From Ignavibacteriota bacterium (GTDB lineage: Bacteria > Bacteroidota > Ignavibacteria > UBA10030): 64,000 nucleotides of DNA. Within the stretch, counting starts at the first letter, position 1; the number at the start of each line of letters is the position of its first letter. The position numbers and the translations under genes are program-made. The notes beneath the pieces are model-generated. The model saw nothing but the letters and a program-made list of their open reading frames with translations. It had not been told where the DNA came from and ran no database searches. Shown here in pieces: positions 10,319 to 19,883 of this stretch. The stretch spans positions 64,001 through 128,000 of the forward strand of contig CAVSHO010000011.1 of the NCBI GenBank assembly GCA_963727825.1, given 5' to 3'.

Positions 10319-10334
10319 TGGCATATAGATTGTT
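10319..10334 (+). promoter_or_regulatory. Possible sigma54-type promoter for the histidine kinase
   Basis: TGGCAT-ATAGA-TTGTT. It overlaps the ORF-track TTG, so the true start is likely downstream. Confidence 0.45.
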
Positions 10335-10413
10335 TGATATTCATTGTCCTTATTTGATCAATTACAGAAGATTGCCTTTGATTATGAAATCAATGACAGG
10401 GGGTATAAATATT

Positions 10414-11127
10414 ATGTACAGTGAGTCTACTGTTTTTGGAACTCAAAAATTAAAGAGCAAAATTGTCAAGCAGATTTCGCATGAATTTCGTACGCCTCTT
10501 ACTTCCATAATTGGCTTCGCCGAGATGCTCGAGGAAGATATCCAGATTAACGAAAATCAGCGGATAGAATATGCAAGTTATATCCGGAACGAGGGGCTGC
10601 GGCTGACAAAACTTGTTGACGACCTTGTCGGACTTGATTCTCTTGAGCAAGGACAGGTTCACCTTCAATTGGAAGAATCTGAAATTCAGGAAACAGTACG
10701 GTATGCCGCAAAGTTTGTCGTGGAACAAGCACTTAATAAGTGCATCCACCTTTCTATCGAGATGCCAGACGAACCTATCCTTCTAAACATTGACCGTGAA
10801 AGAATCGTTCATGCTTTATATCAGTTACTCCATAATGCCGTTCGATTCACAAAACCTTGTGGCCTTATAAATCTAAAAGTAGAAGCGGCCGACAAGTTTG
10901 CTATAATCTCCATCCATGATGATGGTCCTGGTATTCCGGAAAAAGATATACCATTTCTATTTACAAGATTTGGAAAGCTCTACCGTTCAGGCGAAGAAAC
11001 GCATGGCAGCGGAGTTGGACTCGCAATCGTAAAACATATTATTGATCAGCATAACGGCGATATCGCTGTACAAAGCAAAGTCGGAGAAGGTTCAACCTTC
11101 ACAATACAAATTCCGATTACTTTATGA
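10414..11127 (+). CDS. Cytoplasmic histidine kinase (HisKA + HATPase only)
   Basis: H-box SHEFRTPLTSIIGF, N-box LLHNAVRF, DDGPGI and GSGVGLAIVK. No sensor domain. Start placed at ATG after AGGGGG (10384 is an alternative). Confidence 0.85.
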   Translation: MYSESTVFGTQKLKSKIVKQISHEFRTPLTSIIGFAEMLEEDIQINENQRIEYASYIRNEGLRLTKLVDDLVGLDSLEQGQVHLQLEESEIQETVRYAAKFVVEQALNKCIHLSIEMPDEPILLNIDRERIVHALYQLLHNAVRFTKPCGLINLKVEAADKFAIISIHDDGPGIPEKDIPFLFTRFGKLYRSGEETHGSGVGLAIVKHIIDQHNGDIAVQSKVGEGSTFTIQIPITL

Positions 11128-11277
11128 TGATCTGTAAATAATGACGAAATGCGACCGCTTCATTATCATTAATACTTAATGCAAATGAAATATTGAAGCA
11201 GATTAAAGCTATGATCAATAAAAGAATATTTAGCGTTCCCATCTTTATAATGTCTTCCCTCGATTATTGAATTTACT

Positions 11278-11405
11278 GCCTAACGAATTGTACTAAGCTG
11301 CCACAGTACAAATTTTCGACATGCAATATCCGAAACAAACTCATCTGCGAAGATGCCGTTTATTATTTTCTTCTCTTTGAGGACTCTATTTGCTCAGCTA
11401 CTATT
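11278..11405 (-). mobile_element. Degenerate attC site (R' and L' side recognisable)
   Basis: + strand GCCTAAC-GAATTGT-ACTAAGCTGCC matches the R'/L' ends of the other attC sites. The R'' side is degraded. Confidence 0.55.
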
Positions 11406-11593
11406 AAAATAGGAACTTACAGAGTGACTATTTTGTCATAACATTGATAGAAGTATTTATTGCTAACAGATATAAGAAGATTCAATGACTACCAAATCAC
11501 ATTCCTCCACTTGAATTTAGAGTTTGAAACAGGTAAAATGCTTTAACAAAAAAACTTTCTATTGAAATCAAACTCTGATTTAAGGGATTCCTG

Positions 11594-14224
11594 ATGAACA
11601 TTTCTCCATCTAATATTCTTCCAAAACTCTTTCCGACTGTATTGAAACAACAGACAGTAAAGATTCAAGTTTCTCCACTTCTCATAGAATCTTCAGCAAG
11701 TAGTGTAGAACCTCTCCTCGCTCGTTTTAGTACTTCACTTTCAGGTATTTCTAGTGAACGAGCTGCACAACTGCTTGAACAGCATGGGCCAAATGTTATT
11801 GCCGGTGAACAATCGCATAGCTGGCTGAGACTTTTGAGAAATGCGGTCCTGAACCCGCTTGTGATTCTTCTTGCAGTCATTGGAGTTGTAGCATTTCTGA
11901 CCCAGGATTACGATACAGCGGTGATAATTTCACTGATGGTTGTGTTAGGGCTGGTCCTGCGGTTCGTTCAGGAATATCGAGCAGATATCGCTGCCGCCAA
12001 ACTTAGGGCGATGATACATGTAACAACAACATTAGTACGCGATGGTGTTGAACAAGAAGTTCCCATCTCACGCGTCGTACCAGGCGATATCGTCAAACTT
12101 GCGGCAGGAGACATTATCCCTGCCGATATTCGCCTTCTGTCGTGCAAGGATCTTTTTATTATGCAGAGCAGTTTGACGGGCGAATCGCTGCCAGTCGAAA
12201 AGTTTGATGCTCCAGTAAATGGCGCCGATCACTCGCCGTTGGAACTTCACAATCTCTGTTTCCTTGGCACGAGTGTTGAGAGCGGCTCTGCAACTGCTGT
12301 CGTAATAACGACAGGGTTCAACACCTATCTCGGCAGCATGGCCAAATCAATTACTGAACAGCAACCGCCAACTAGTTTCGATAAAGGCATCCAGAGCTTT
12401 ACGTGGCTTATGATCCGCTTCATGTTCGTGATGGTACCTCTTGTATTTCTGATCAACGGACTCACGAAAGGGAACTGGCACGAAGCTTTCTTCTTTGCCC
12501 TCGCTGTTGCGGTCGGACTCACACCAGAGATGCTTCCGATGATTGTCACAGTCTGTCTTTCCAAAGGCGCAATTGCAATGTCGAAGAAGAAGGTGATCAT
12601 CAAAAGATTGCACTCCATCCAAAACTTAGGCGCTATGGACATTCTATGTACGGACAAGACCGGAACATTGACTATCGATCATGTGCTTCTTGAGCAGTAT
12701 TGTGATGTGGTTCGCAAGAAAGATGAAGAAATTCTAATGATGGCATATCTCAACAGTCACTTTCAGACCGGACTACGCAATGTATTGGATCGAGCTATCC
12801 TTCAGCATAATGAAATAGTTGAGCGAGTGCATATTCAAGAATATCGGAAAATAGATGAAATTCCTTTCGACTTCTCGCGAAAAGTTATGTCGGTTGTTGT
12901 GGAAATGCCTGATGGTGTGTATCGTATGATCACCAAAGGTGCTCCTGAAGAAATTTTCAAACGCTGCACACATTTTGAGCTTGACGGCGACGTTGATCCG
13001 ATCGAGCCAATTCTAATTCAGGATTTGAAAGAAGAATACGAGCGCTTAAGCGCAGATGGATTTCGGGTGTTAGCCCTTGCGTACAAAGATCTTGATAAGA
13101 AATCAGCTTATGCGAAAGATGATGAGAGCAATATGATTCTCCATGGCTATCTCGCTTTCCTTGATCCGCCAAAAGAAACTGCCGCACCAGCCATTAAAGC
13201 ATTGCAGGCACATGGTGTTACGGTTAAAGTTCTGACTGGAGATAACGAACTCGTCACGCATAAAATATGCCAGGTCGTTGGACTGAATGCCGAACATATG
13301 ATGCTCGGAAGCGAAGTGGAACATCTGAGCGATGATGAACTGGCTATCAAGGCGGAACAAACGACGATCTTCGCTCGGCTATCTCCTGCACACAAACAGC
13401 GCGTTGTGCGAGCACTTCGGAACAATGGCCATACCGTCGGATATATGGGAGACGGCATCAACGATGCACCGGCGCTTCGCGCTGCGGATATCGGCATCTC
13501 GGTAGATTCGGCGGTCGATATTGCAAAAGAGTCAGCCGATGCGATCCTCCTTGAAAAAAGCTTGATGGTTTTAGAAGAAGGCGTGCTGGAAGGACGTAAG
13601 GTCTTTGCAAACATTCTTAAGTATATTCGAATGGGAGCAAGCTCAAATTTTGGAAATATGTTCAGCGTCCTAGGCGCAAGCATTTTTCTTCCGTATTTGC
13701 CTATGTTACCGGTTCAGATCCTTACCAACAATTTGCTTTATGATTTCTCGCAGACACCGATTCCGACTGACGAGGTCGACGCCGATCAGGTCGCAAAGCC
13801 TCGTCCGTGGGCAATCGGCAACCTTACCAGATTTATTCTCTTTGTCGGGCCTATCAGTTCGATCTTCGATTATACGACGTTTTTCATCATGCTTTATGTA
13901 TTCAATTGTTGGAACCCCGCACATGCATCATTGTTTCAAACTGGTTGGTTTGTCGAGTCGCTCCTTACACAGACGCTCATTATTCATATCATCCGAACCA
14001 ATAAAATTCCGTTTTTACAAAGTCGTGCAAGCTGGCCGTTATTGGCAATGACAGCTGTTGTGATGATGATCGGAATGTGGCTTCCATTCGCACCATTTGC
14101 AGGCGCACTAAACCTTACGCCCCTGCCTCCGCTATATTGGCCGTTAATCGCTCTTACATTGGTCAGCTACATTTTCCTAACACAATTCGTCAAGCAATGG
14201 CTTTTAAAGATGACCTGGATATGA
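11594..14224 (+). CDS. mgtA: Magnesium-translocating P-type ATPase
   Basis: LTGES, VGLTPEMLPMI, DKTGTLT, GDGINDAP and ASSNFGNMFS motifs. Confidence 0.93.
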   Translation: MNISPSNILPKLFPTVLKQQTVKIQVSPLLIESSASSVEPLLARFSTSLSGISSERAAQLLEQHGPNVIAGEQSHSWLRLLRNAVLNPLVILLAVIGVVAFLTQDYDTAVIISLMVVLGLVLRFVQEYRADIAAAKLRAMIHVTTTLVRDGVEQEVPISRVVPGDIVKLAAGDIIPADIRLLSCKDLFIMQSSLTGESLPVEKFDAPVNGADHSPLELHNLCFLGTSVESGSATAVVITTGFNTYLGSMAKSITEQQPPTSFDKGIQSFTWLMIRFMFVMVPLVFLINGLTKGNWHEAFFFALAVAVGLTPEMLPMIVTVCLSKGAIAMSKKKVIIKRLHSIQNLGAMDILCTDKTGTLTIDHVLLEQYCDVVRKKDEEILMMAYLNSHFQTGLRNVLDRAILQHNEIVERVHIQEYRKIDEIPFDFSRKVMSVVVEMPDGVYRMITKGAPEEIFKRCTHFELDGDVDPIEPILIQDLKEEYERLSADGFRVLALAYKDLDKKSAYAKDDESNMILHGYLAFLDPPKETAAPAIKALQAHGVTVKVLTGDNELVTHKICQVVGLNAEHMMLGSEVEHLSDDELAIKAEQTTIFARLSPAHKQRVVRALRNNGHTVGYMGDGINDAPALRAADIGISVDSAVDIAKESADAILLEKSLMVLEEGVLEGRKVFANILKYIRMGASSNFGNMFSVLGASIFLPYLPMLPVQILTNNLLYDFSQTPIPTDEVDADQVAKPRPWAIGNLTRFILFVGPISSIFDYTTFFIMLYVFNCWNPAHASLFQTGWFVESLLTQTLIIHIIRTNKIPFLQSRASWPLLAMTAVVMMIGMWLPFAPFAGALNLTPLPPLYWPLIALTLVSYIFLTQFVKQWLLKMTWI

Positions 14225-14514
14225 AATAGGTTTGCAACATCAATACATATTTCATTATTATTCAATAGGAAGGAAATGAAGAGGCGTTTTTAGCGGGCTA
14301 CATATAACAAAAAGATGGACTACACTCCATCATTGGCAAATGATAGAAATGTTAATACCTTTCTCGCAAATAGGGAAGGAATTTAACTCCTGGCAAATGA
14401 ACATAGGATCCACTCCCCTGCTCACAAATCCCAGCGAGCATAGCGGTAAAAAAAGGCTTAAGAATATTTGTAGATAGGATTGCATACAATAGAGGGGCAA
14501 CAAAAAAGGCATCT

Positions 14515-14536
14515 GGTTCAAGTCCCGCCCCCGCTA
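14515..14536 (+). other. Isolated tRNA 3'-end fragment (tRNA-Met-like), probable att scar
   Basis: GGTTCAAGTCCCGCCCCCGCTA is a T-loop plus acceptor 3' half with no tRNA 5' half upstream. A terminator-like hairpin follows. Confidence 0.6.
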
Positions 14537-14551
14537 ATTAGTCCCAAGAAG

Positions 14552-14586
14552 AATCCTCATTAAATTAATTTGGTGAGGATTTTTTT
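14552..14586 (+). terminator. Intrinsic terminator-like hairpin after the tRNA fragment
   Basis: AATCCTCA...TGAGGATT followed by a T-run. Confidence 0.6.
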
Positions 14587-14639
14587 GTCTATGGGCAAAA
14601 CTTTGATGTGTTTTTATTGTTTTTGATACCGGTGCTCAT

Positions 14640-14691
14640 CCGGTAATCTTGCCTACCTGCCGTCTTTTGGACGGGAGCGCCTCAGTTAAGT
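14640..14691 (-). mobile_element. Half attC (R''/L'') downstream of the beta-lactamase cassette, with a palindrome inside L''
   Basis: Minus strand ACTTAAC-TGAGGC-GCTC[CCGTCCAAAAGACGGCAGGTAGGC]AAGATTACC. Confidence 0.6.
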
Positions 14692-14733
14692 GTTTTTGGT
14701 AATAATCTTTTGCAAGTATCGTTGTCTTGTATT

Positions 14734-15579
14734 TTATCGGGTGTTATGTTCTTTGTTCCAGTCATTTAGAACCTTAATCATATGAGGAAGCAATTCTATT
14801 CCTCCTTCTTTACCGTGACCAGGAATTACAATGCGACAATCTTGAAATCTATTCATTACTTTTTCAACAGAAACTGGCCATTCAGCCATATTCGCATATC
14901 CGATAAAACCGGGGTTATTATGCTCCAACCCTTTTATCATACAGCCTCCAAACAGAATCTTTCGCTTATGAAAATAAACAACCGTGTTATCTATTGTGTG
15001 AGATTCTCCCGGAAAGTATACTTCAAAAACCTCGTCTCCAAATTTCAATTCTAAGCCTTCTTTGATAGGAAAAGTTTTATTTGGCGGCATCAAATTTAGC
15101 TCCTTGTAAGAATTGAAGTAACGCTTATTCTCACTAGAAGAAACTGAATTCAAAATGACCTTTTTTAATTCTACACCCTTTTCTTTTATAAGTTTCACTG
15201 TTAAATCAGGACCATATACCGGGATGTTCTTGGAAAACAAAACTTCATCGCCTCCAAGGTTATCCTGATGAAAACCAGTAACAATTGCCATTAATTTAAG
15301 CGACCCAAAACTCTTTTCAATCCAGTGCAGTAACGAGTCAGTACCGGTTCTTTCGCAAGGTGTGTTAATAAGTAATCCTTGCGAGTCAGGCAAAAGAATA
15401 AACATTCCATTAGAACCCCAGGGAAAATAATGAGTAAATATATAGACACTATCTTGAATTTTAGTATAATACAAATCCTCACTTATCTTGATTTGATTCT
15501 TTTTGGGGTCAGATTGGCAATAACTATTTACTCCATACAGCAATACGATAAGGAGAATAAGAATTTTATTCTTTCGCAA
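14734..15579 (-). CDS. Subclass B1 metallo-beta-lactamase with an atypical G116-x-H118-x-D120 motif (cassette)
   Basis: Signal peptide; VTGFHQDNLGG, PGESHTIDNTVVY, LFGGCMIK and VIPGHG motifs. Confidence 0.85.
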   Translation of the reverse strand: MRKNKILILLIVLLYGVNSYCQSDPKKNQIKISEDLYYTKIQDSVYIFTHYFPWGSNGMFILLPDSQGLLINTPCERTGTDSLLHWIEKSFGSLKLMAIVTGFHQDNLGGDEVLFSKNIPVYGPDLTVKLIKEKGVELKKVILNSVSSSENKRYFNSYKELNLMPPNKTFPIKEGLELKFGDEVFEVYFPGESHTIDNTVVYFHKRKILFGGCMIKGLEHNNPGFIGYANMAEWPVSVEKVMNRFQDCRIVIPGHGKEGGIELLPHMIKVLNDWNKEHNTR

Positions 15580-15645
15580 GTTGAGTCCTTTTATAATTTA
15601 TACCTGTTTGTCATATTTATAATAATTGCTAACCCTAGTAAAAAC

Positions 15646-15879
15646 GCCTAACGAATCGGCGCTAAGTCCCGATTCGACAGATTTGATGTTTTCTAATCAA
15701 ATCGTGGTCGAATCGCGGATCCCGCTTTGCGGGATCTAAAATTTTTACCACGTTGAAAACTTTCAAATTATTGAAAACGAAATAAGTTCCACGTAGAAAG
15801 TTTTATTATTTGTACCAGACCTTTACTCGCAATGAATTTTGCGCTAAGCTATTGTGTCAGATAGAGCGACTAGTTAGGT
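15646..15879 (-). mobile_element. attC site with palindromic insertions
   Basis: + strand GCCTAAC..GCTAAG at the left end and GTCAGATAGAGC..GTTAGGT at the right end. Confidence 0.8.
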
Positions 15880-15897
15880 TACGGGGTGATATCTGTT

Positions 15898-16473
15898 TTA
15901 AAAAATAAACGGTATTAATGCCGAAACACGCCGTGAATATGTTGCATACGTTTCCCCGAATTGTGCTCGCATCAATTTTTCCTCAAGCCTCAATTTGTAG
16001 AATAGCACAGCGAATACTAATACGACAGCAACTAATCCACGCCACTTACCGATTGCGACTGCTGTACCAAATAATGCAAATAAAAGTCCTGTATAAATCG
16101 GATGACGTACAAAAGCATACGGTCCACTTGTCACCAACTGATGATCTTGCTTAATTGTAACAGCCTGGCTCCAATTAGTTCCTAAATGATTTCGTGCCCA
16201 GATAGAAAATAATAGACCGTTCGCTGTAAAAATCACACCAATCCAAAAGCTAGTAAAACCCGAAGGGACAAAGCGCTCATCAAGAATATCAAATGGAATA
16301 TTTTGTAAGACGAGCAATACTATTGCAGAAATCATCGCAATGAGCCGTACGATACGTGATTGCGCAGATTCGCGTACCTGTTCCGTTTGCTTGACATTAT
16401 TTGCCTTTATCCACCAATAGATTTGATAAGCTAACCAGAGTATTACAATTAGAGAATAGTAAATTATCTTCAT
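15898..16473 (-). CDS. Isoprenylcysteine carboxylmethyltransferase (ICMT/Ste14) family membrane protein (cassette)
   Basis: HQLVTSGPYAFVRHPIYTG and EEKLMRAQFGETYATY motifs. Start moved to 16473 because the ORF-track start lies within the attC. Confidence 0.9.
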   Translation of the reverse strand: MKIIYYSLIVILWLAYQIYWWIKANNVKQTEQVRESAQSRIVRLIAMISAIVLLVLQNIPFDILDERFVPSGFTSFWIGVIFTANGLLFSIWARNHLGTNWSQAVTIKQDHQLVTSGPYAFVRHPIYTGLLFALFGTAVAIGKWRGLVAVVLVFAVLFYKLRLEEKLMRAQFGETYATYSRRVSALIPFIF

Positions 16474-16487
16474 TGCTTTTTCCCGAG

Positions 16488-16650
16488 CCCTAACGGTTGG
16501 CAACTAAGCTGCCGCGTTGATAACTTTCAAATTGTATTAAACGAACCAAGTTCATTCACTTCACTAAACCTTTGAATGTAATGCAAAATGCACCCACGCC
16601 TGCCTGCCGGCAGGCAGGCTCGTTTGGTCAGGTTGAGCCGATGGTTAGGC
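16488..16650 (-). mobile_element. attC site (cleanest copy)
   Basis: Minus strand GCCTAAC-CATCG-GCTCAACC-TGACC...GGCA-GCTTAGT-TGCCAACC-GTTAGGG gives R''-L''...L'-R'. Confidence 0.9.
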
Positions 16651-16660
16651 AATATTAATT

Positions 16661-17506
16661 TTACAATAATACTCCAAACCCGACGGAAAGCGTTGTGTAC
16701 GTGACATTAATATTGATGTTATTGCCGCTAGCTGAACCGCCAAATGACTTATATAACCACTCAATGAATATTTTATTGATTTCTAATCTTAGACCACCGG
16801 CGATATATAAACCACCGCTCAAATTGTATGGACCGCTATAAAATGAATCTCCATTGAATATTACATCATAACCAACATTTGCGATAATAATCGGGATGAC
16901 TTTTTCTTCTTGACTTGTTAGTTTAATTTTTACGACCTCATAAAGAGGAACATAATTGAATTTACCGCCTCCTCTTACATCTAGTCCTCGAGGATTGAGA
17001 TACATAATACCAAAAGCATAATTAAACACATTATCATTTATTTCCCCATACTCAAGCGCGAAAGATATTCCAGTCATTACATCTATAGAGCCGGATTGGC
17101 CCATAGCACTCGCTTTGTTACTTCCCGCTAAGTCAGCGCATACCTTTAGGGATACTCTTGCTGCAGATGTTTCCTTGGTTTTTGATGGAGATATATTATT
17201 AATCGGTTGAACAGAATAAATCATTGATTTATTTATTGTTATAAATCCAAGATTAGATTGATATGTCGCAGTAGAATCATTTGCTGAAATAAATTCTCCT
17301 TCAAAAGAATTTCCATTTAAAAGCTTAACTAGAATCATTTGCTTTGCTTGAAGAGAATCCTTTTTTTGTATAGATATAGTTTCTGAAGAATCTTTCTTTG
17401 ACATATCACTATAGTGTAAATAGTTATTAGCGGTATCAATTTGAGCAGAAGTTAATTGACAAACCATCAATAACAATCCTACAAACAACGTAATTCCTTT
17501 CATCAT
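16661..17506 (-). CDS. Hypothetical exported protein, probable C-terminal outer-membrane beta-barrel (cassette)
   Basis: Signal peptide; alternating beta-strand pattern ending in TTLSVGFGVLL. Confidence 0.65.
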   Translation of the reverse strand: MMKGITLFVGLLLMVCQLTSAQIDTANNYLHYSDMSKKDSSETISIQKKDSLQAKQMILVKLLNGNSFEGEFISANDSTATYQSNLGFITINKSMIYSVQPINNISPSKTKETSAARVSLKVCADLAGSNKASAMGQSGSIDVMTGISFALEYGEINDNVFNYAFGIMYLNPRGLDVRGGGKFNYVPLYEVVKIKLTSQEEKVIPIIIANVGYDVIFNGDSFYSGPYNLSGGLYIAGGLRLEINKIFIEWLYKSFGGSASGNNININVTYTTLSVGFGVLL

Positions 17507-17536
17507 CTCCTCCAATGAATTGATTTAATTAATGTT

Positions 17537-17734
17537 GCCTAACGAATGGCAACTAAGCTGCCGCGTTGAATAGTTTCGTGATGCACCCAAGGAAACAAGT
17601 TCACGCTACCGATAGAATTATTAAACATCAAACCTCTAAACGCAATGTTGATTGCTCCCACGCCTGCCTGCCGGCAGGCAGGCTCATTCGGTCAGCTTGT
17701 CCGAGGGACTCCTTCTGAGAGCCGCAGGTTAGAA
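17537..17734 (-). mobile_element. attC site, L'' interrupted by a palindrome
   Basis: GCCTAAC..ACTAAGCTGCCGCG ... GGTCAGCTTG[TCCGAGGGACTCCTTCTGAG]AGCCGCAG-GTTAGAA. Confidence 0.88.
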
Positions 17735-17759
17735 CACACGCTGTAGGTCTATTATTATT

Positions 17760-18596
17760 TTAATCAATGCTATAATCTCCAGGTTGAGGCAATTTATTAC
17801 GTAGCTTCCAGAATATAACCGCAATTACTATTGAGAAAACACATAATCCAAGACCCATTTCCGTGAGGAAATAACTTTTGCCTCCTTTTTCGATTAGGAA
17901 TTGATCAAATACATTTTGAATAAAGAAATTATGACTCGCATGATAAAATAATCCTACCCACAAACTTCCTGATTTTATCCTCAACCAAGTCAACATAAAG
18001 CTAATTGAAACCAATGATATTGTACTAATTACTATTTTAAAAATAGAAAAACCACCTCCATAATTGGTCATTATCATTAAGGGAATATGCCATATTATCC
18101 AAATAGCACCAATTACAAATGATGTTGTTGTCATATTGGTTAGTTTATATAATCTTGGGGTAAGGAAACCTCGCCATCCAACTTCTTCTCCAAAAGAACC
18201 AATAGCTCTTAATAAAAGTCCAATAATGCAGAAAAGAAGAAAATCCACGCTTATAGGTAAGTTAGAACCTAATCCAATTTTGAAATGCTCTTTGACACTC
18301 CCGATTTTGGTTATCCATGCAAAACCATATATAACAATACCATAAATAATTGGTATTAAAAGAGAAAGAAACAAATACTTACCTTTTCCCAATTTCCATC
18401 CTAACTTGTTTATTTTCCGATCAGATATTAGCCTTGTGATTAAAGCGGCTAAGAAAGGGCTATAAACCAGGAGCAATGTAACTGCACTGTCTTCAACGTT
18501 TGGTCCAGTACTTTGAGAAATTAGGATATAACTTAATCCACTAAAGATTATTAATAAAGTTAAAAAAATAAATATTTCCTTTTTCGTTTTTTCCAT
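17760..18596 (-). CDS. CPBP family intramembrane glutamic endopeptidase (CAAX/Abi, cassette)
   Basis: GEEVGWRGFL, WIIWHIP and FYHASHN motifs. Confidence 0.92.
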   Translation of the reverse strand: MEKTKKEIFIFLTLLIIFSGLSYILISQSTGPNVEDSAVTLLLVYSPFLAALITRLISDRKINKLGWKLGKGKYLFLSLLIPIIYGIVIYGFAWITKIGSVKEHFKIGLGSNLPISVDFLLFCIIGLLLRAIGSFGEEVGWRGFLTPRLYKLTNMTTTSFVIGAIWIIWHIPLMIMTNYGGGFSIFKIVISTISLVSISFMLTWLRIKSGSLWVGLFYHASHNFFIQNVFDQFLIEKGGKSYFLTEMGLGLCVFSIVIAVIFWKLRNKLPQPGDYSID

Positions 18597-18688
18597 TATT
18601 TCTCCATAAGACGATTTGGATGTCCTAAGTACAAGATACTTTTCATCTTACAAATAACTTTGTAATGGCACCAAAATTTATTCGTCTG

Positions 18689-18864
18689 TTCTAACGAACG
18701 GGCACTAAGCTGACGCATTGATAACTTTCAAATTATACTAAACGAAACAAGATCATTGAACATTGAACACTCGCACCCCGATAAATCGGGGCGCTTCGGG
18801 AAAGTATTATTTACTTGTCCGAAGGACCCCTACGGGGACTCTTTCCTTTTTAAAATGGTTAGCT
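18689..18864 (-). mobile_element. attC site (variant subfamily with an A-rich R''-proximal segment)
   Basis: TTCTAAC..ACTAAGCTGACGC ... GTTAGCT, with two palindromic insertions. Confidence 0.8.
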
Positions 18865-18923
18865 TGCAAACAGATGACGTATTTTGTGATTTAATTATTA
18901 ACTTATCTTTGTAAAGCTAGTGT

Positions 18924-19521
18924 TTATGAAACCTTTTGTGTTAAAAAGAACCTGAAAAAGCCACCATACCATTGTCTTCTCGCCAGTATTTTAAGTCCAG
19001 CTTGTTGAATTCCCATCTCGAACTCTGCCCACTCAAACATTTTGTGCGGCTCTTCTATGAGCATGACTCCATCAGAAACAAGTACCTGGTACAGCCTCTT
19101 CCAAAGTCTTTCGCCAAAGAGGAATATGATGTAGAACACCGAAATCAAAAACTGCATTGCAACTAGAATCTGGTGCATTCATAGCGTTTGCATCACCTAC
19201 CATAAAATCAACATTAAGTCCACATCTTTTTGCAAGTTCAATTTGTTCTGGCATAATATCAAATGCAATGACTTGCGATGGTTTCAATTCCTTAATAATT
19301 AACTCAGTGCCAAATCCAGAGCCGCAGCCCATGTCCATTATAACTTTTCCGGACAAATTAATTTTATGCATTTGAAGCATTTTAAAAAATAACGGAAATT
19401 CCTGATGTTTCCATCGCCATCGTCTAAGAGGGTTATTCATTGCTAAGAATTCAAATCTACCTAAACGAATACTTTCTTTTGAATCTTCCATACCATATTT
19501 CCACTTTATATTGTTTTTCAT
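18924..19521 (-). pseudogene. Class I SAM-dependent methyltransferase, frameshifted near 19095 (cassette)
   Basis: MDMGCGSGFG and VFDFGVLHHIP in one frame; the continuation LYQVLVSDGVMLIEEP is in another frame. Confidence 0.8.
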
Positions 19522-19672
19522 TAAAATGGTTCGCTAAAAATTAATGAAGAACAATATAATCGCCCATTATTTATCGGCAAAGCTCGAGATATTGTCGGTA
19601 AATATCGAATTATTTGCAGATTCTTTAAATGGCCACTTTCAAAAATTAAAAGAACAATGGTTTTTACTGTGC

Positions 19673-19853
19673 ACCTAACGGACAGGCGCTCCGCCCAAAA
19701 GATGGCGGACAAGTAAGCTGCTGCGTTGAATAATTTTCAAGTTACACTCAACAAACTGAGTTCATTGAACACTCGCATCTGAAAAACTATATTTACTTGT
19801 TGAGCTTGCGAAATCCCGCTTGCGGGGACTTTTTCCTTTTTAAATGGTTAGGT
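19673..19853 (-). mobile_element. attC site (variant subfamily), L' interrupted by a palindrome
   Basis: ACCTAAC..GCT[CCGCCCAAAAGATGGCGGACAAGT]AAGCTGCTGCG ... GTTAGGT. Confidence 0.82.
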
Positions 19854-19883
19854 AGCACAAATAATTATTCATTTATGTCCGGG

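Noticed and set aside
15898-18596. CPBP plus ICMT as a eukaryote-like CAAX processing pathway
   Set aside because: They are independent cassettes from common families, and there is no prenyltransferase or substrate nearby.
19521-19712. 63-aa ORF (likewise 33193-33537 and 25628-25816)
   Set aside because: These frames run through attC or palindrome sequence and have no protein motifs.
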